A DNA stretch of 64,000 nucleotides from Vitrella brassicaformis CCMP3155 (lineage: Eukaryota; Protista; Chromerida): assembly GCA_001179505.1 (NCBI GenBank), contig CDMY01000335.1:1-64000 (forward strand), in the 5' to 3' direction. Within the stretch, counting starts at the first letter, position 1; each line of letters opens with the position of its first letter. Both the position numbers and the translations under genes were made by a program. The notes beneath the pieces were generated by a model that was given only the letters and a program-made list of their open reading frames with translations, searched no databases and was not told where the DNA came from. Below are positions 50,100 to 61,500 of the stretch, in pieces.

Positions 50100-51290
50100 T
50101 CAGAGGCGATGGTCGAGGCCATCGAGCCCACACGAGCACTGGTCGCCCCGAAGTGCTTCGAGTCGGGCGAGTTGGACCAAGAGTCGGTGGGCGTCTCGGG
50201 AGGGAGCAGACGGCTGCTGCTGCTGGTGCTGCTTGAAGGCCACGGCGTACTGTACTTCGTTTATTCCATTCTTCGGACCGTCCACCTCACTGGCCGGGTG
50301 ACCCACACACACAGAGAGAGCGAGAGAGAGAGAAAGAGAGAGAGAGAGAAGGGACACACATGCGTCTCTGCGGGCTTGGGCGTGGCGTGGGTTGGTGGAG
50401 GGGGGAAGAGTACCTGCAGTAGCGTCGCATCTCTTCGACGGTCCGTGTGGTGCCTCCAGGAATGCGATGTCAGCACCCATTATTGCGTGGACAGCCTGGC
50501 AGCGGCGGATAGCCTCGTCGAGCCTGCACCCACACACCCACCGACACCCACACGATAGTTGTTTCTTGAATGCTTGTCGACTCTGTTCTCTCCTCCCTCT
50601 CGCATCTCTCTCATCCGAGGGACGCCCGCGCGTCGGTGCGGGCCAGGATGCACATGTCAGCGCCCCCACTCCTGACACACACAGACATCCACACCAAGGA
50701 CATAACATATGAGAGACTGCACGCAATGGGTGCGGTGTGGCCGAGCGCACCGCGCGTCTATGGCGGCCTTGACGCGCATGCAGGCGTCTTCGAGTGGGGT
50801 GGCCTCCTTGCCGGCAGTGTGGCCGCACTTCTTGGGCGCCACCTGCACGTCCACGCCTGCACAGGGATACCCCTGCACCGTCCTCTTGATGTTGACCGCA
50901 TTGCCTGTTGGACCGACGTCGACACACACAATGTGTGTGTCGTCATTGTGTGTGTCGTGTGTGCAGATGGCCGCCTGCAGTGCTTACCATATCTGGTGTC
51001 GCCATCAGCGACACACTTGTGACGGCCTCCGTGATGGCTCGGCAGCCGTCCAGCATCTCAGAGTAGGCCAGCATCTGCGCGTCGGGGAATGAACGTGCAC
51101 CAGGCACTGAGAAGCCGCTGACAAACGAACAGGGGAACCCCGACGGACATAGACAGCCCAGCCGCACACACACGATGGATGGATGCAGATCTCTGCTGCT
51201 CTTTCCCTTGATGCATCGTACCTTCCTCCTCGACGATCTGGGCGAGTTGAGGAGCTCACGCAGGCTTTCGGCAGGTCTGGATTGTCTGTA
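50100..51290 (-). pseudogene. Decayed isocitrate lyase/PEP-mutase superfamily gene (PrpB/CPEP-mutase/dimethylmalate-lyase-like)
   Basis: Recognisable motifs SGFSV, ADGDTxYG, PKKCGHT, ILARTDAR, LDEAIRRC, ADIAFLEAP. Lesions: frameshift before ADGDT (~51010), IEDQ eroded to VDVQ, donor GT replaced by AT (~50614), frameshift after EAP (~50447), missing N-terminal exon and truncated C-terminus. Confidence 0.75.
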
Positions 51291-51624
51291 GGGAGGCCGT
51301 GAAAAGCACACACCCAAGCTTGCACACATCCGACACGGAGGACGCCCCCATTCTTGTCATTATCAAAACAGCCTTTCTCATCATGTCGCCCCGTCCCTGT
51401 GTTGTTTTGGCTGCCTTCCATCTGCTGACGTTGCTGAGCTGCCTCCCGGTGACTCTGGGCTGGCGACACCTTCTCCATCGGCATGAGCGTTGCCGACGCC
51501 AGCCGCGGCTTCCTCCAGAGGGATGTCCCCCGGTTGTCCCTGATGTTCTCCTCGGTGGGCGAGCAAACAGACCGGCGCTCCATCATCTTCATCTTGCATG
51601 GATGCAATGCCTTTGGTGGCCACC

Positions 51625-53203
51625 ATGAATGCAGGATGCCACGCCCCTACTCACGGACTCAGCCCCAGGGATGGGGAGCTGCCCTTCCTCTTCCAGGAGT
51701 GGCATCCACAGCAGTGGTCTGCGCCTCTATGCGTGCTGACAATGCATGCATGCTTTTGTCTATTGGTTTTTGTTTCGTTGTCTCCAGGACACTTGACAAG
51801 TTTATGGGCAAGTTTGTGTTCATCGATTACGAGCGTGATGTGGAGCTGCCGCGGAGCTTCAGTGGATACGACAAAAACAAGGAAGTGGTAGAGTTTGAGA
51901 CGGCAGACCACCACATCGTCGAGGAGGCCAGGGACTGGGAGATATCTCGTCACGGAAACCCTCATTACCATCCGTTTCCCTGGAAGGGCCTCGCAAACGT
52001 TCCCATCAAGCCCCATTACTGGCAGCTCGACCTCACTGATACTCAACAGATAACTGATACTGAAAAAACAGCACCCACTCGCTCACTGTGTATCTCTCTG
52101 TCATGAATGAATTCATGCATGCAGGTGTATTCAGCCCATTCGTCACTTGGGCTGCCACTCAACCACTTCAAGGTTATCGTACTTGTGTATTACCCTCAGG
52201 TGAACCAATGAGGGGTACGAGACATTTGCACCAGTGTATTGTTCTTTTTTCTGCACTCGTATATTGTTGCTAGACCATTTTGCAGCTGCCAGCCTGGCAC
52301 TGCATTGAGGCGAGAGACATGCACATCGTATTTTCTGTATGTATGTCACTGCATTGAGGCGAGAGGCATGCACATTGCATTTTTTCTGTGTATATGTCAC
52401 TGCATTGGCGAGAGGCATGCATATTGTATTTTTTCTGTGTGTATATCACTGCATTGAGGCGAGAGGCATGCACATTGTATTTCTGTGTGTATATCACTGC
52501 ATTGCAAAGCATAGCTGCGTGTGTATATCACTGCATTGCAAAGCATAGCTGCATTGAGGCGAGAGGCATGCACATTGTATTTTTTCTGTGTGTATATCAC
52601 TGCATTGCCTTGCATTGAGGCGAGAGGCATGCACATTGTATTTTTTCTGTGTGTATATCACTGCATTGAGGCGAGAGGCATGCACATTGTATTTTTTCTG
52701 TGTGTATATCACTGCATTGCAAGGCATAGCTGCATTGAGGCGAGAGGCATGCACATTGTATTTTTTCTGTGTGTATGTCACTGCATTGCCTTGCATTGAG
52801 GCGAGAGGCATGCACATTGTATTTTTTCTGTGTGTATATCACTGCATTGAGGCGAGAGGTGGTTTGTGTCTTCAGGCTTTTTTCGGAGGCGAAGGATGCA
52901 GCTGCAGTGCGCCACTCGAGGACACGATCTGCTTGCGCCACACATTTGAGATGCTTGAGGCGGATATTTGCTGGGAAGATGACAAATTGGGCCTTCTTCT
53001 GCTATTCAAGTCCTTCACCAAGCTCGCTAAAGAGGCAGGACTCCAACTCAAACAGCCAGCATATTTCAACAACCAAGGTATGACTCACGCTACGAAAAGT
53101 GTAAATATCGTAAGTCCAATTGAGACTGAGATATATTTGATGGCTTTTGCGCGTTTTGTTTGCTGCAGGAAAGATGGGCGTCGGATTGCAGCGGGTAAAT
53201 TGA
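51625..53203 (+). pseudogene. Unknown spliced gene in cassette B (~220 aa if spliced as in copy A), exon-2 donor mutated
   Basis: GCCACC-ATG, exons MNAGCHAPTHG..W|TLDKFMGKFVFIDYE..WQLDLTDTQQ|VYSAHSSLG..PQ|AFFGGEGCSCSA..YFNNQ|GKMGVGLQRVN*; stop position shared with copy A. The donor reads caacag|ataact where copy A has caacag|gtaact. Confidence 0.55.
52302..52858. repeat. Minisatellite, 51-bp unit GCATTGAGGCGAGAGGCATGCACATTGTATTTTTTCTGTGTGTATATCACT, 9 full units + 1 partial, with short interspersed variants
   Basis: Units start at about 52302, 52351, 52402, 52451, 52551, 52612, 52663, 52732, 52793 and 52844; inserts GCATTGCAA(A/G)GCATAGCT and GCATTGCCTT lie between some units. Confidence 0.95.
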
Positions 53204-54279
53204 TTCCAAGGCAACACGCAAGGCAACACGCTCAAGCAGAGTCGCACGCATTCACCGGGGCCAAGACACCCTATTTCCTTTTCCTTTCATAACGGTGGGC
53301 CCACGGGGAATGTCTGTCTCTTTGTCTGTCTGTCTGATCTCGCTGGCTGCCCAGTCTATTGGTGTGCCGCCAGTAGGCAGTGATAGATCTGCCGCACTGC
53401 AGGCTGGGCTGGTGGAGTGTAGGTGTTGGCGGTTTTGCCTACACTCCCACAATTGCACTCCCAGCACTCCCTTGCTCTTTCGACTGCCTGCCTGCCTGCC
53501 CGCCTGTCTGGCTGCATGCGTGGTCCGTCTGCACATGCATGGATGACGGATTCATGATGGAAGACCAGACCGTGAGACAATACATGGACGGATCGAGAGA
53601 CACATACCGAAGCGACCATCAACCAGTGAACAAACGCCATGCACGCATCTATGGAAACTCTCATTCACACATGATCGGCCCATACAATGTATCGCCTTCT
53701 TGTTTGTCATTGCGTGGGCCCGGAAAGTCCACATCTATATTGTACAACACATGTACCCTCGTTCGCTGAGCACCGCCGCCATCAGTGCAGGGCTTTCCGT
53801 GCGCACCCGCAGCTGCTGCTGCACTGTCGACCGACAGCTGGCAGTGGCTGCCAGACGCATGCACCGGACAACACACCTGCACATACACGCGCGCCCCACT
53901 GCACATGCAGCACAGCCAGTCGCCATGGTCGCACCTGTGTGTCATGGATCTACCATTGGTACGGCCAGGAACCCGTCCGTGTTGTGACGCTGTGCGGGAC
54001 GCATGGCTTGTGTGACTACTTGTGACGACTGGAAGAGACAAACGAAAAGGACGGCTAACGTACTCTATGCCATTCTGCGATTCTGTCATTCCCTCGTGTG
54101 CCTGGGATCGTCTGGGTGTCTGCGCGTGTTGTTTGTTCCGTTGAGTATGCGATAGTTGTTTGTCCATCGTTCGCCAAGACTACGTGGCGCGTTCGTGTGC
54201 ATGCGCCACTCGCCTCGCCAGCCAATCAATACAAATGCGCACACACAAACATGCACATACACACACAACTGAATGGATA

Positions 54280-54371
54280 CTGCGAGGGTCGGATAAATGG
54301 GACAACGGATATATGGGAAAAACGGTATATGGGACACCCTGGGCCGTGTCCCATTTATCCGACCCTCACAG
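54280..54371. mobile_element. 92-bp MITE with 28-29 bp terminal inverted repeats and TA target-site duplication (Tc1/mariner-like)
   Basis: TA|CTGCGAGGGTCGGATAAATGGGACAACGG..35 bp..CCGTGTCCCATTTATCCGACCCTCACAG|TA; the arms differ by one substitution and one indel. Confidence 0.8.
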
Positions 54372-54886
54372 TATATGTACCAGTCGTATAAAGCTTATGT
54401 AAGCTACTCAGCACCGTACCGCACCGCACCACACGCATTTTGATGGACACAAACACAGATCGATGCGAATGCACAAACGTCAGTCATATGAATGTCCTGT
54501 CTGCCCTTGCTGGCTGCAGGGGTCTTTCGATCGGGCAGGACAAACAAACCAGACAGACGTCACGCGCAAAACGAACGCCTGTGAACAATACGGACTCCCC
54601 TCCCATGTACATAAATATCAAAAACGCGCAAATGTACAGGCAGGCAGGCAGGCATCCTGATCCCATCCTTCTTGGCCCTCTAGATCTTCTCTTCTGCTGC
54701 TCATATATGTGTCGTCTACACTCGGTCTCTCTCACTAACTAACCCATGGCTGGCACCCACCCCGTCCTAACGACAGCAAGTCAGTCGGATGGACAAGCCA
54801 CACACACTAAGTCAAACCACACCCAATCCCATCCCTCCCTGTCCCCTGTGTGTGTCAGGATGGCCCATCCATCCCCCTCCCTCTAG

Positions 54887-57800
54887 CTAGCCGCCCCAGA
54901 CGTCGGCCAGCCATCGGTAGCCACCATCGCCATTGAAGTATGGGGGCACGTTGTGGTGCAGGAGGCGTGTGCCAAGGCCTTGGTGAGGTCCGTCGATCAT
55001 GCCGTGAGCCTGCAGGGCTGGGAGGAGGTAGTGCGTGACGGCCTGGCTGCACGTCTCGTACGCGGGCTCGGGGAAGACGAGAGAGAACAGATGCATGGTG
55101 ACCTACACATACACACAGGTGTTTCTGTGTCTGTCTGTGTCTGTGTCTGTGTGTGTCTGTTGTTGGCCGACTGGCTTACTTACCACGTCCTGCGACGTCA
55201 TGGCAGGGTCGCGGTAGGCGGGCTGCTGCCGCCGCAGATGCTCAAACAATGCCACGGCCAGACGGAAAACTGAACGATCCATCGACACACACACCATGAC
55301 ACACACACATACACACAAATGCATCCAAGTCTGTCTGCCTGGCTGGCTGACTGACCGAGGTCTTTGAGGTGATGTGGCGGTAGGGGTGTGACCGGCCGAC
55401 CGGCAGCAACGGCACCGACATCACCATGGCCACCTGACCGGTTGATAAGGAACAACACACGACCAACAGAGGCCCCACCTGTGACTCCATCCATCTCCCT
55501 CCCTCTCTCCCTCCCTGTCCCACCCAGGAACAGATTCGCCGCAGTATTCTTGAGACCGCTGAACAGACCCACACCGCCGAACAGACCGCCCGCAGACGCC
55601 GGAGGGGGCGGGGGCTGGTACATCCCTCGGCCGCTGTGGATGTTGTCACTGGTGCTGTTGCCGGCGCTATGGTTGTTGGCGTAGTACGCCCCTGGCTGTG
55701 CCGCCCAGTTGTAGCTGCCCCGTCCCGGCTGCTGCGTGTGCGTGTGCTTGGTGGTGTTGGGCGGCATGCGTGGCGGTTGAAAGAGCTGGGTGGCCCTGGC
55801 ATTGGGTTTGATGATGCTCAGGCCGCGTGTGGTGTCGATGTGGATCATGTGGGCGGCCATGAGGGCGCGGATGACCTTCTGCGCGCGGCGGAGCGACACG
55901 GACTTGGGGCGCACCGCACCCTGCTCGACCAACATGTGGAGCAGCTGCACAGAACAGACAGCAGAGCACAGAACAGAAAGAGAGAAAGGCCTTGAGTGGT
56001 GACGGTGTGGTGCTTGCCTTGACGATGGAGTTGATGGGCTTGTAGTTGCCATGAGGGAGAGCCATGATGGTCGACGCCAGCTGACACTTCTGGTCAATAT
56101 CTGCACTCACTCAGACATGAGAGACAGAGAGAGAGAGAGAGAGGGGTGGATGGGTGGGTGTGTTTGTATGGTGAATAGTACACATGTGCTGGTACCGTCC
56201 ACATGGCCGTCGTCATCGTCTTGGTCGAATATGTTGTTCTCCTGGATGATCTTGACCATGAGCTTGGTGTCAGCCACCAACGCAGGCTCCAGCTCTATGC
56301 CGACAATGGCCACACCTGCACTCACACACACCATACCATATCACACCACACCACATAGATAGATATGTGGCCCGGCCCGCCGGGTGAGCGGCTGCCGCTG
56401 ACTGACTGACGTGTGTTGTCGTCCCTGGCTCTGGAAATGACCAACTGTTCGCCTGACGCACCGGACCACACACACCCCACAGAATCATTCGCCATAAACA
56501 CCACCCACCCTCCCGCACCATACAGAACCAACCCAAGCCAGCCCACCGACCTTTGTTGCGCGTCTTGAAGAAGAACTCGGCCATGTCGGCGTCCTTGCCC
56601 CGTCCCTCGTCGCGATCGCCATCGTCGTCATCCCACTCACCGTCCGACTCATCCACACGCACGGTGCGACGACTGCCGGTGCCAGTGGCATTGCTGCCGG
56701 TGTTGGTGGCGGTGGCGGTGGCACGTCGCAGACGGCGGGTGGACCCCCCGGCCTTGGGCGTGGCGGTGAAGCGGCGGCGCTTCTTGGCCGTGGCCATGCT
56801 GGTGGTGTGGGGGTTGGTGTAGGGGCTGCTCATATTGGGCATGCCGCTGCTGTCGTTGTCATGGGTGTCATGAGCAGACTTGACGGGGAAGACGTCCGTC
56901 GGCTGCTGTAGAGGAGGAGGAAGAGAGAGGGAGGGAAAGGTGCGTCTGGGCGTGCGTGTGTGTGTGTGGCTTACGCCTCCGTTGACGGTGAACTGTTTGT
57001 CGAGGAAGCCGAAGGACGACAGAATGTTGCCACTCAGGATGTGGGCGTCGACCTGCAGACAGACAGACATCCACCCACAACATCCACACGTAAGTAACAC
57101 ACGAACAGACAGACATAGAGAGAAGATCTAGATTGCAATGCACCCACCCACCCACCCATCGCTCGGCTCGCTCACCGTGCGCATCTCTTTAGTACACAGA
57201 CGGTCACTGCCAAAGGAGAGAGGGAGGGAGGCGGGCAGGCATCTGCGTCGGCTGTGGGTGCACTGCACATATGTACTTGTTTTGCCCGCGGACGATGTGT
57301 CTTCCGTAGCTGTCGAGATCGAGAGTCTGCGGCCGAGTGGTATATTGGCTGCAGTATAGAACACACACGCCGTACTTGTGTGTGTGTGTGTGTGTGTGTG
57401 CCGATTTCGTGTGCAGAGAGAGAGAAAGAGAGAGAGAGAGGTGTGGGTTTACGCCCATACATGTGGCAGCAGCCGGTGTTGGCGAGATGATACCACCGCG
57501 TCCAGTGCTGCCGGATGTGCCTGAGGTCGTCCACCATCTTTCCGCCACCGTCATGATGCTTCTTGTTGACAGCGATCTTCTGCACACACACAGGCATTCA
57601 GGTCCAACCAACGAAGAGATCTCATGCACTGCAAGTGGCTGGCAAGTGGATGTGGTGTGTGCGTCCGTACGGTGTAGAGTCCCGAGCCGCGATGCCTCTT
57701 GAGCTGGGCGGAGGTCAGCGTCTGCTTGCGACACCCCTGATGCGATTGAGTCATCATCATGCCCACACACACAACACTGCACCTGTCTGTCTCTCTGTCT

Positions 57801-58537
57801 GTCCGTCTGTCTGTCTGTCTGTGTGTCGTGCATACGATGTTGGGCTGGTAGACATGATGCTCGACAGTCGACTGAGAGGCAGACAGAGAGTGAGGGCCAT
57901 CCATCCGTCCATTCGGTCACGCCTCTCTCTGTGCGCGCGAGTGCAGTGCAGTGCAGTGCAGTCTGGGTCTCCCGACCGACCGAGGCCAGACTTTCCCTAG
58001 CAGCGAGGATGAGGATCGGCAGACGGGCTGGGGCCTCAACCGAGCGAGGATTGTACCTGCACACACACACACACACACACACATCCACAGAGGGAGGGAG
58101 AGAAGGGTGTGCGCGTGTGTGGCATGGCCCCTGCTGGCTGACCAGTAGAAGCCCTCCATCGTCCTCTCCTTGTGTGGCGCACGTCTGACGCCCTTGCGGT
58201 CCTTCTTCTTGCGCACGGTCAGATACAAACTCTTGGCCGCCTCGAAATCAATGCCTCGGTCGACCCTCCCGTGAGTGTACCACTGCACACAGAGGGAGGG
58301 AGAGAGGGGGGGGAGGGATGGAGCCATCCTTTGTGGAGCTCTGTTGTGTGTTGCGCGGTTGCTTACGGTCTCTGCCTGAGTGTCTGGGTCTCTGGCGATG
58401 ACCTCGTGCGCGTGGAAGTTGACGCTCTGCGGGGCATTGGACGCGCCTCGAAACACGCGGTTGAGGTCCTGGATGGTGTCCCGGTCACGACAGGCGCCTC
58501 GGTTGGTCCGCTCCTTCTCAGCCAATATGACTGCACA

Positions 58538-58572
<35 letters not shown>

Positions 58573-61500
58573 GCTATAGGTGTGCAGCGGGGGGCTTGTC
58601 GCATGCAGTGAGGAGTGGCTTACACATGAGCCATTCAAAGATGCTGTTTTGGATCTTGGGGTCCATCATCAGCAGTCGGTTCATGAAGCTCCGCAGGTTG
58701 ACGGTCTTCTTGTTGACGCGCAGCAGAGGATCCTGGACGGACGAAGGCGGCTCACACGACGGACACCATAATCAACAGACGCACGTGTGCCTCTCCCCTC
58801 CCTCCATCCGAGGTCAAGGCGTCTGTGTACCTCTGGTTCGATGAGCCCCGTGATGCCGACGTTCTCGAGCTCAGTCAGGGCCGCCCGGGCGAAGGACGCA
58901 AAGTCGTCGAAGTGCCTGTAGCGCACCACACCCAAGACCATGGTCGGATGGATGGATGGATGTGTGTGTGTGTCTTTGTGTGGTCCTCAGTCACTTCTGG
59001 TAGGCGTATTCGTGTTGCGGCATGGTGTCGTCCTCGTGCTCCTCGTCATCGCCATCGCCATCGCCGTCTCCCTCCTCCGCCTCCTCACCGCCACCGTTGC
59101 CCCCATCCTCACAGGGCACACCCACACCCACGCCGCTCGACTGCTCTCCCATGTCCTCGTTGTCATCGTCGTCGTCCACAATGATGGCGTCGTGCAGACC
59201 GCTGCCCCCCGACGCTGCAGCAGCTGCTGCTGGGGTGCCCTTGGTGTTGGTGTTGGTGTTGGCCCCGTCGTCGGAGCTTGGCACATCCGACATGATGTCG
59301 TCATCCGGCGCACGGGCCTGCCACACACAAGACACACAGAGAGAGGGAGAGTGAGGGTGTGCGTCGGTGGTGTGGTGCTGCGGGTGTGACTGACTGACTG
59401 ACCATGGACTCATCCATGGCGTTGGCAAAGTCATCCTGATCAAGCGATGGCACACATGACATGGGGCTGGCTGGCTCTATCGCTGGCTCTTTGCGTGTCC
59501 TGGCTCGGCTGTTTTGTGGCTGTGTACGTCAGTCGAGCCCTTTTTGAGGTCGTCGAACAGCGTCTTGAGGGCCGCATTGCCACTCTTGGTCTGTTCAGTA
59601 TTGGCAGACATATACAGACCACCACGTCCACATACAAAGACATTCATTCAGGTGTGCCCACCCCGTGGGCTGGGCACTGCACACCTGAATGTCGAAGTCA
59701 GCCAGTGTGGCGTCCTCCGCTTCCCCACAGGCACATCGACGATCGCCCCGCGTCAACGCACCTAATGTTTGGCCCATACACATACACACACAGACACAGA
59801 CACGTGTGTGTGGGGGTCCATCCATGGCTGTCTCCCTGACCGAGCATCTTCATGCGCCTCGCGATGGTGGAGGTGAATCGGATCTCGCCGCCCATCTCGG
59901 TGACTATCACATGGAACTCGGGAAGGTGCAGCTGGTTGGAGCGGTGCACACGGCCGAACTGCTGGACGGCCTGGAAAAGAAAGACCCGCACACACACACG
60001 CGGAGCAACCCCACGCAACTTTAGATGGGCACGTGGTGTGTTGTGTGCGCGCGCGTGTGTGTGTGTGCCTTGTCGGCGGCCCAGGGTAGCTCCAGGGTGT
60101 ACTATGGCACACACACACACACCCAGACAGGGATGGAGGGATGGATGGAATAGAATCATGCATGTCGATACATACCATGACTCTTGGACGCTTGTTGAGG
60201 CCTTCCATGGCTCTGTCGGCGTGAAGGGAAATCCCTGCAGAGGCCGCCTCAGTGATGACCGCCACACGCTTGCTTCCTTCCTGAAACGCACGCCGCTCCC
60301 TACACATACACACACACACACACACAGCTGTAAGTATTGACGTGTTTGTCTGTGTGTGTCTGTGTGTGGGTGTGGCTCAATGAGTGCGGTGCCAGACGAG
60401 TTGTTGATGGATTTGACGCCCTCGGTGCTGTTATCCTCGGCCACGTCGGCGGTGCGCCGCACATACTCCTGCACATACCATATCAGTACCCATGGGACAA
60501 TGCCTGCTTGGTTGGGTGGATGGATGGATGGATAGATGTGCGTGTGTGTATCTGATCTGATGCGTACCATCGCGCCCGTGTCGGGGTCTTCCTCGTAGCG
60601 ATATGTGCGGCCTGTCAGCTCGGCGACGCGCGTGGGACCACCGAAACTAATAGGCACACACACACACACACACGTCGATGTGCGGATGAAGAGAAGCCTC
60701 GTGTGGAAGTGTGGGTGGAGAGGATCTGTCAGGTGGTTGGTGGCTTACCGTCGGATGAGCTCATCTAGCGGGTTGGCGGGCAGCTGGAGCTGCTTGATGC
60801 GCTCCACTGCACCAACGACGCTCATCCGCTGCCCCTTGGTGGCCGTGCGGTGTGTGATGTGAGGTCGTGCGCTTACTGAGTTGGTTCTTCCGCGCCAGAT
60901 AGTCGCCAACTTCAGTGCCGTGCTCATCCTGGGTCTTGAACCACTGCTCACATGCATCCCCCCACACACACAGACAGCCGATACGATACAACCTCTCGCC
61001 AGCCCACCCACCCATCCCTACCGACCCGCTCGATGACTTTGAGCGGAATCAGCTCAAGCCCAGCGGTATCCATGGCCTCCTGATTGGCGTCGCCCATCAC
61101 ATCCGCCAGCGAATTCTCGTTGTCCTTCTCGCGCTCGGCGGCGTCGCGCTCGGCGGCGTCGCGCTCGGCCTTCTCTCGCTGACGCGCCTCGCCTGTCGAC
61201 CACCTGCACAAGGAGGGAGGGAGGGAGGGAGGGGTGGGCTGGTGGCTGGTGTGATGGTGTGTGTGTGGGTTATTACACACATACAGGGAGAAGACCACGG
61301 CTTTCCCGGCGTTGAGGTCTCTCCGCTGCAGCCATCCACCCAGCACAGCCATCCATCCATCCATCCATCGATCCATTGCCTCCACCCTGTGTGACGTGAC
61401 GCGCCCCTTACTGCTCGTTTGGCTGCCGTGGGTATCTTGATGGCGACCAGCAGCACACGAAAGAAGCGCTGCTCGGCACCGAAGAAGTTCAGGTTTGCTA

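Larger units (their letters stand above)
51297..53721. repeat. Dispersed duplicated segment, copy B (inverted relative to 5071-7243)
   Basis: Reverse-complement match to copy A over the upstream block, exons and 3' block; the central intron is replaced by a minisatellite. Confidence 0.9.

Noticed and set aside
43429-51290. Phosphonate gene cluster (PhnZ-like HD protein plus PEP-mutase-family gene)
   Set aside because: The ICL/PEPM member has the KKCGH lyase-type loop rather than the PEP-mutase KxNS type, is a pseudogene, and is separated by unrelated SLC35F and FKBP genes.
52302-52858. CRISPR-like array
   Set aside because: Units are near-identical along their whole length with no unique spacers, there are no cas genes, and the context is a eukaryotic intron; it is a minisatellite.
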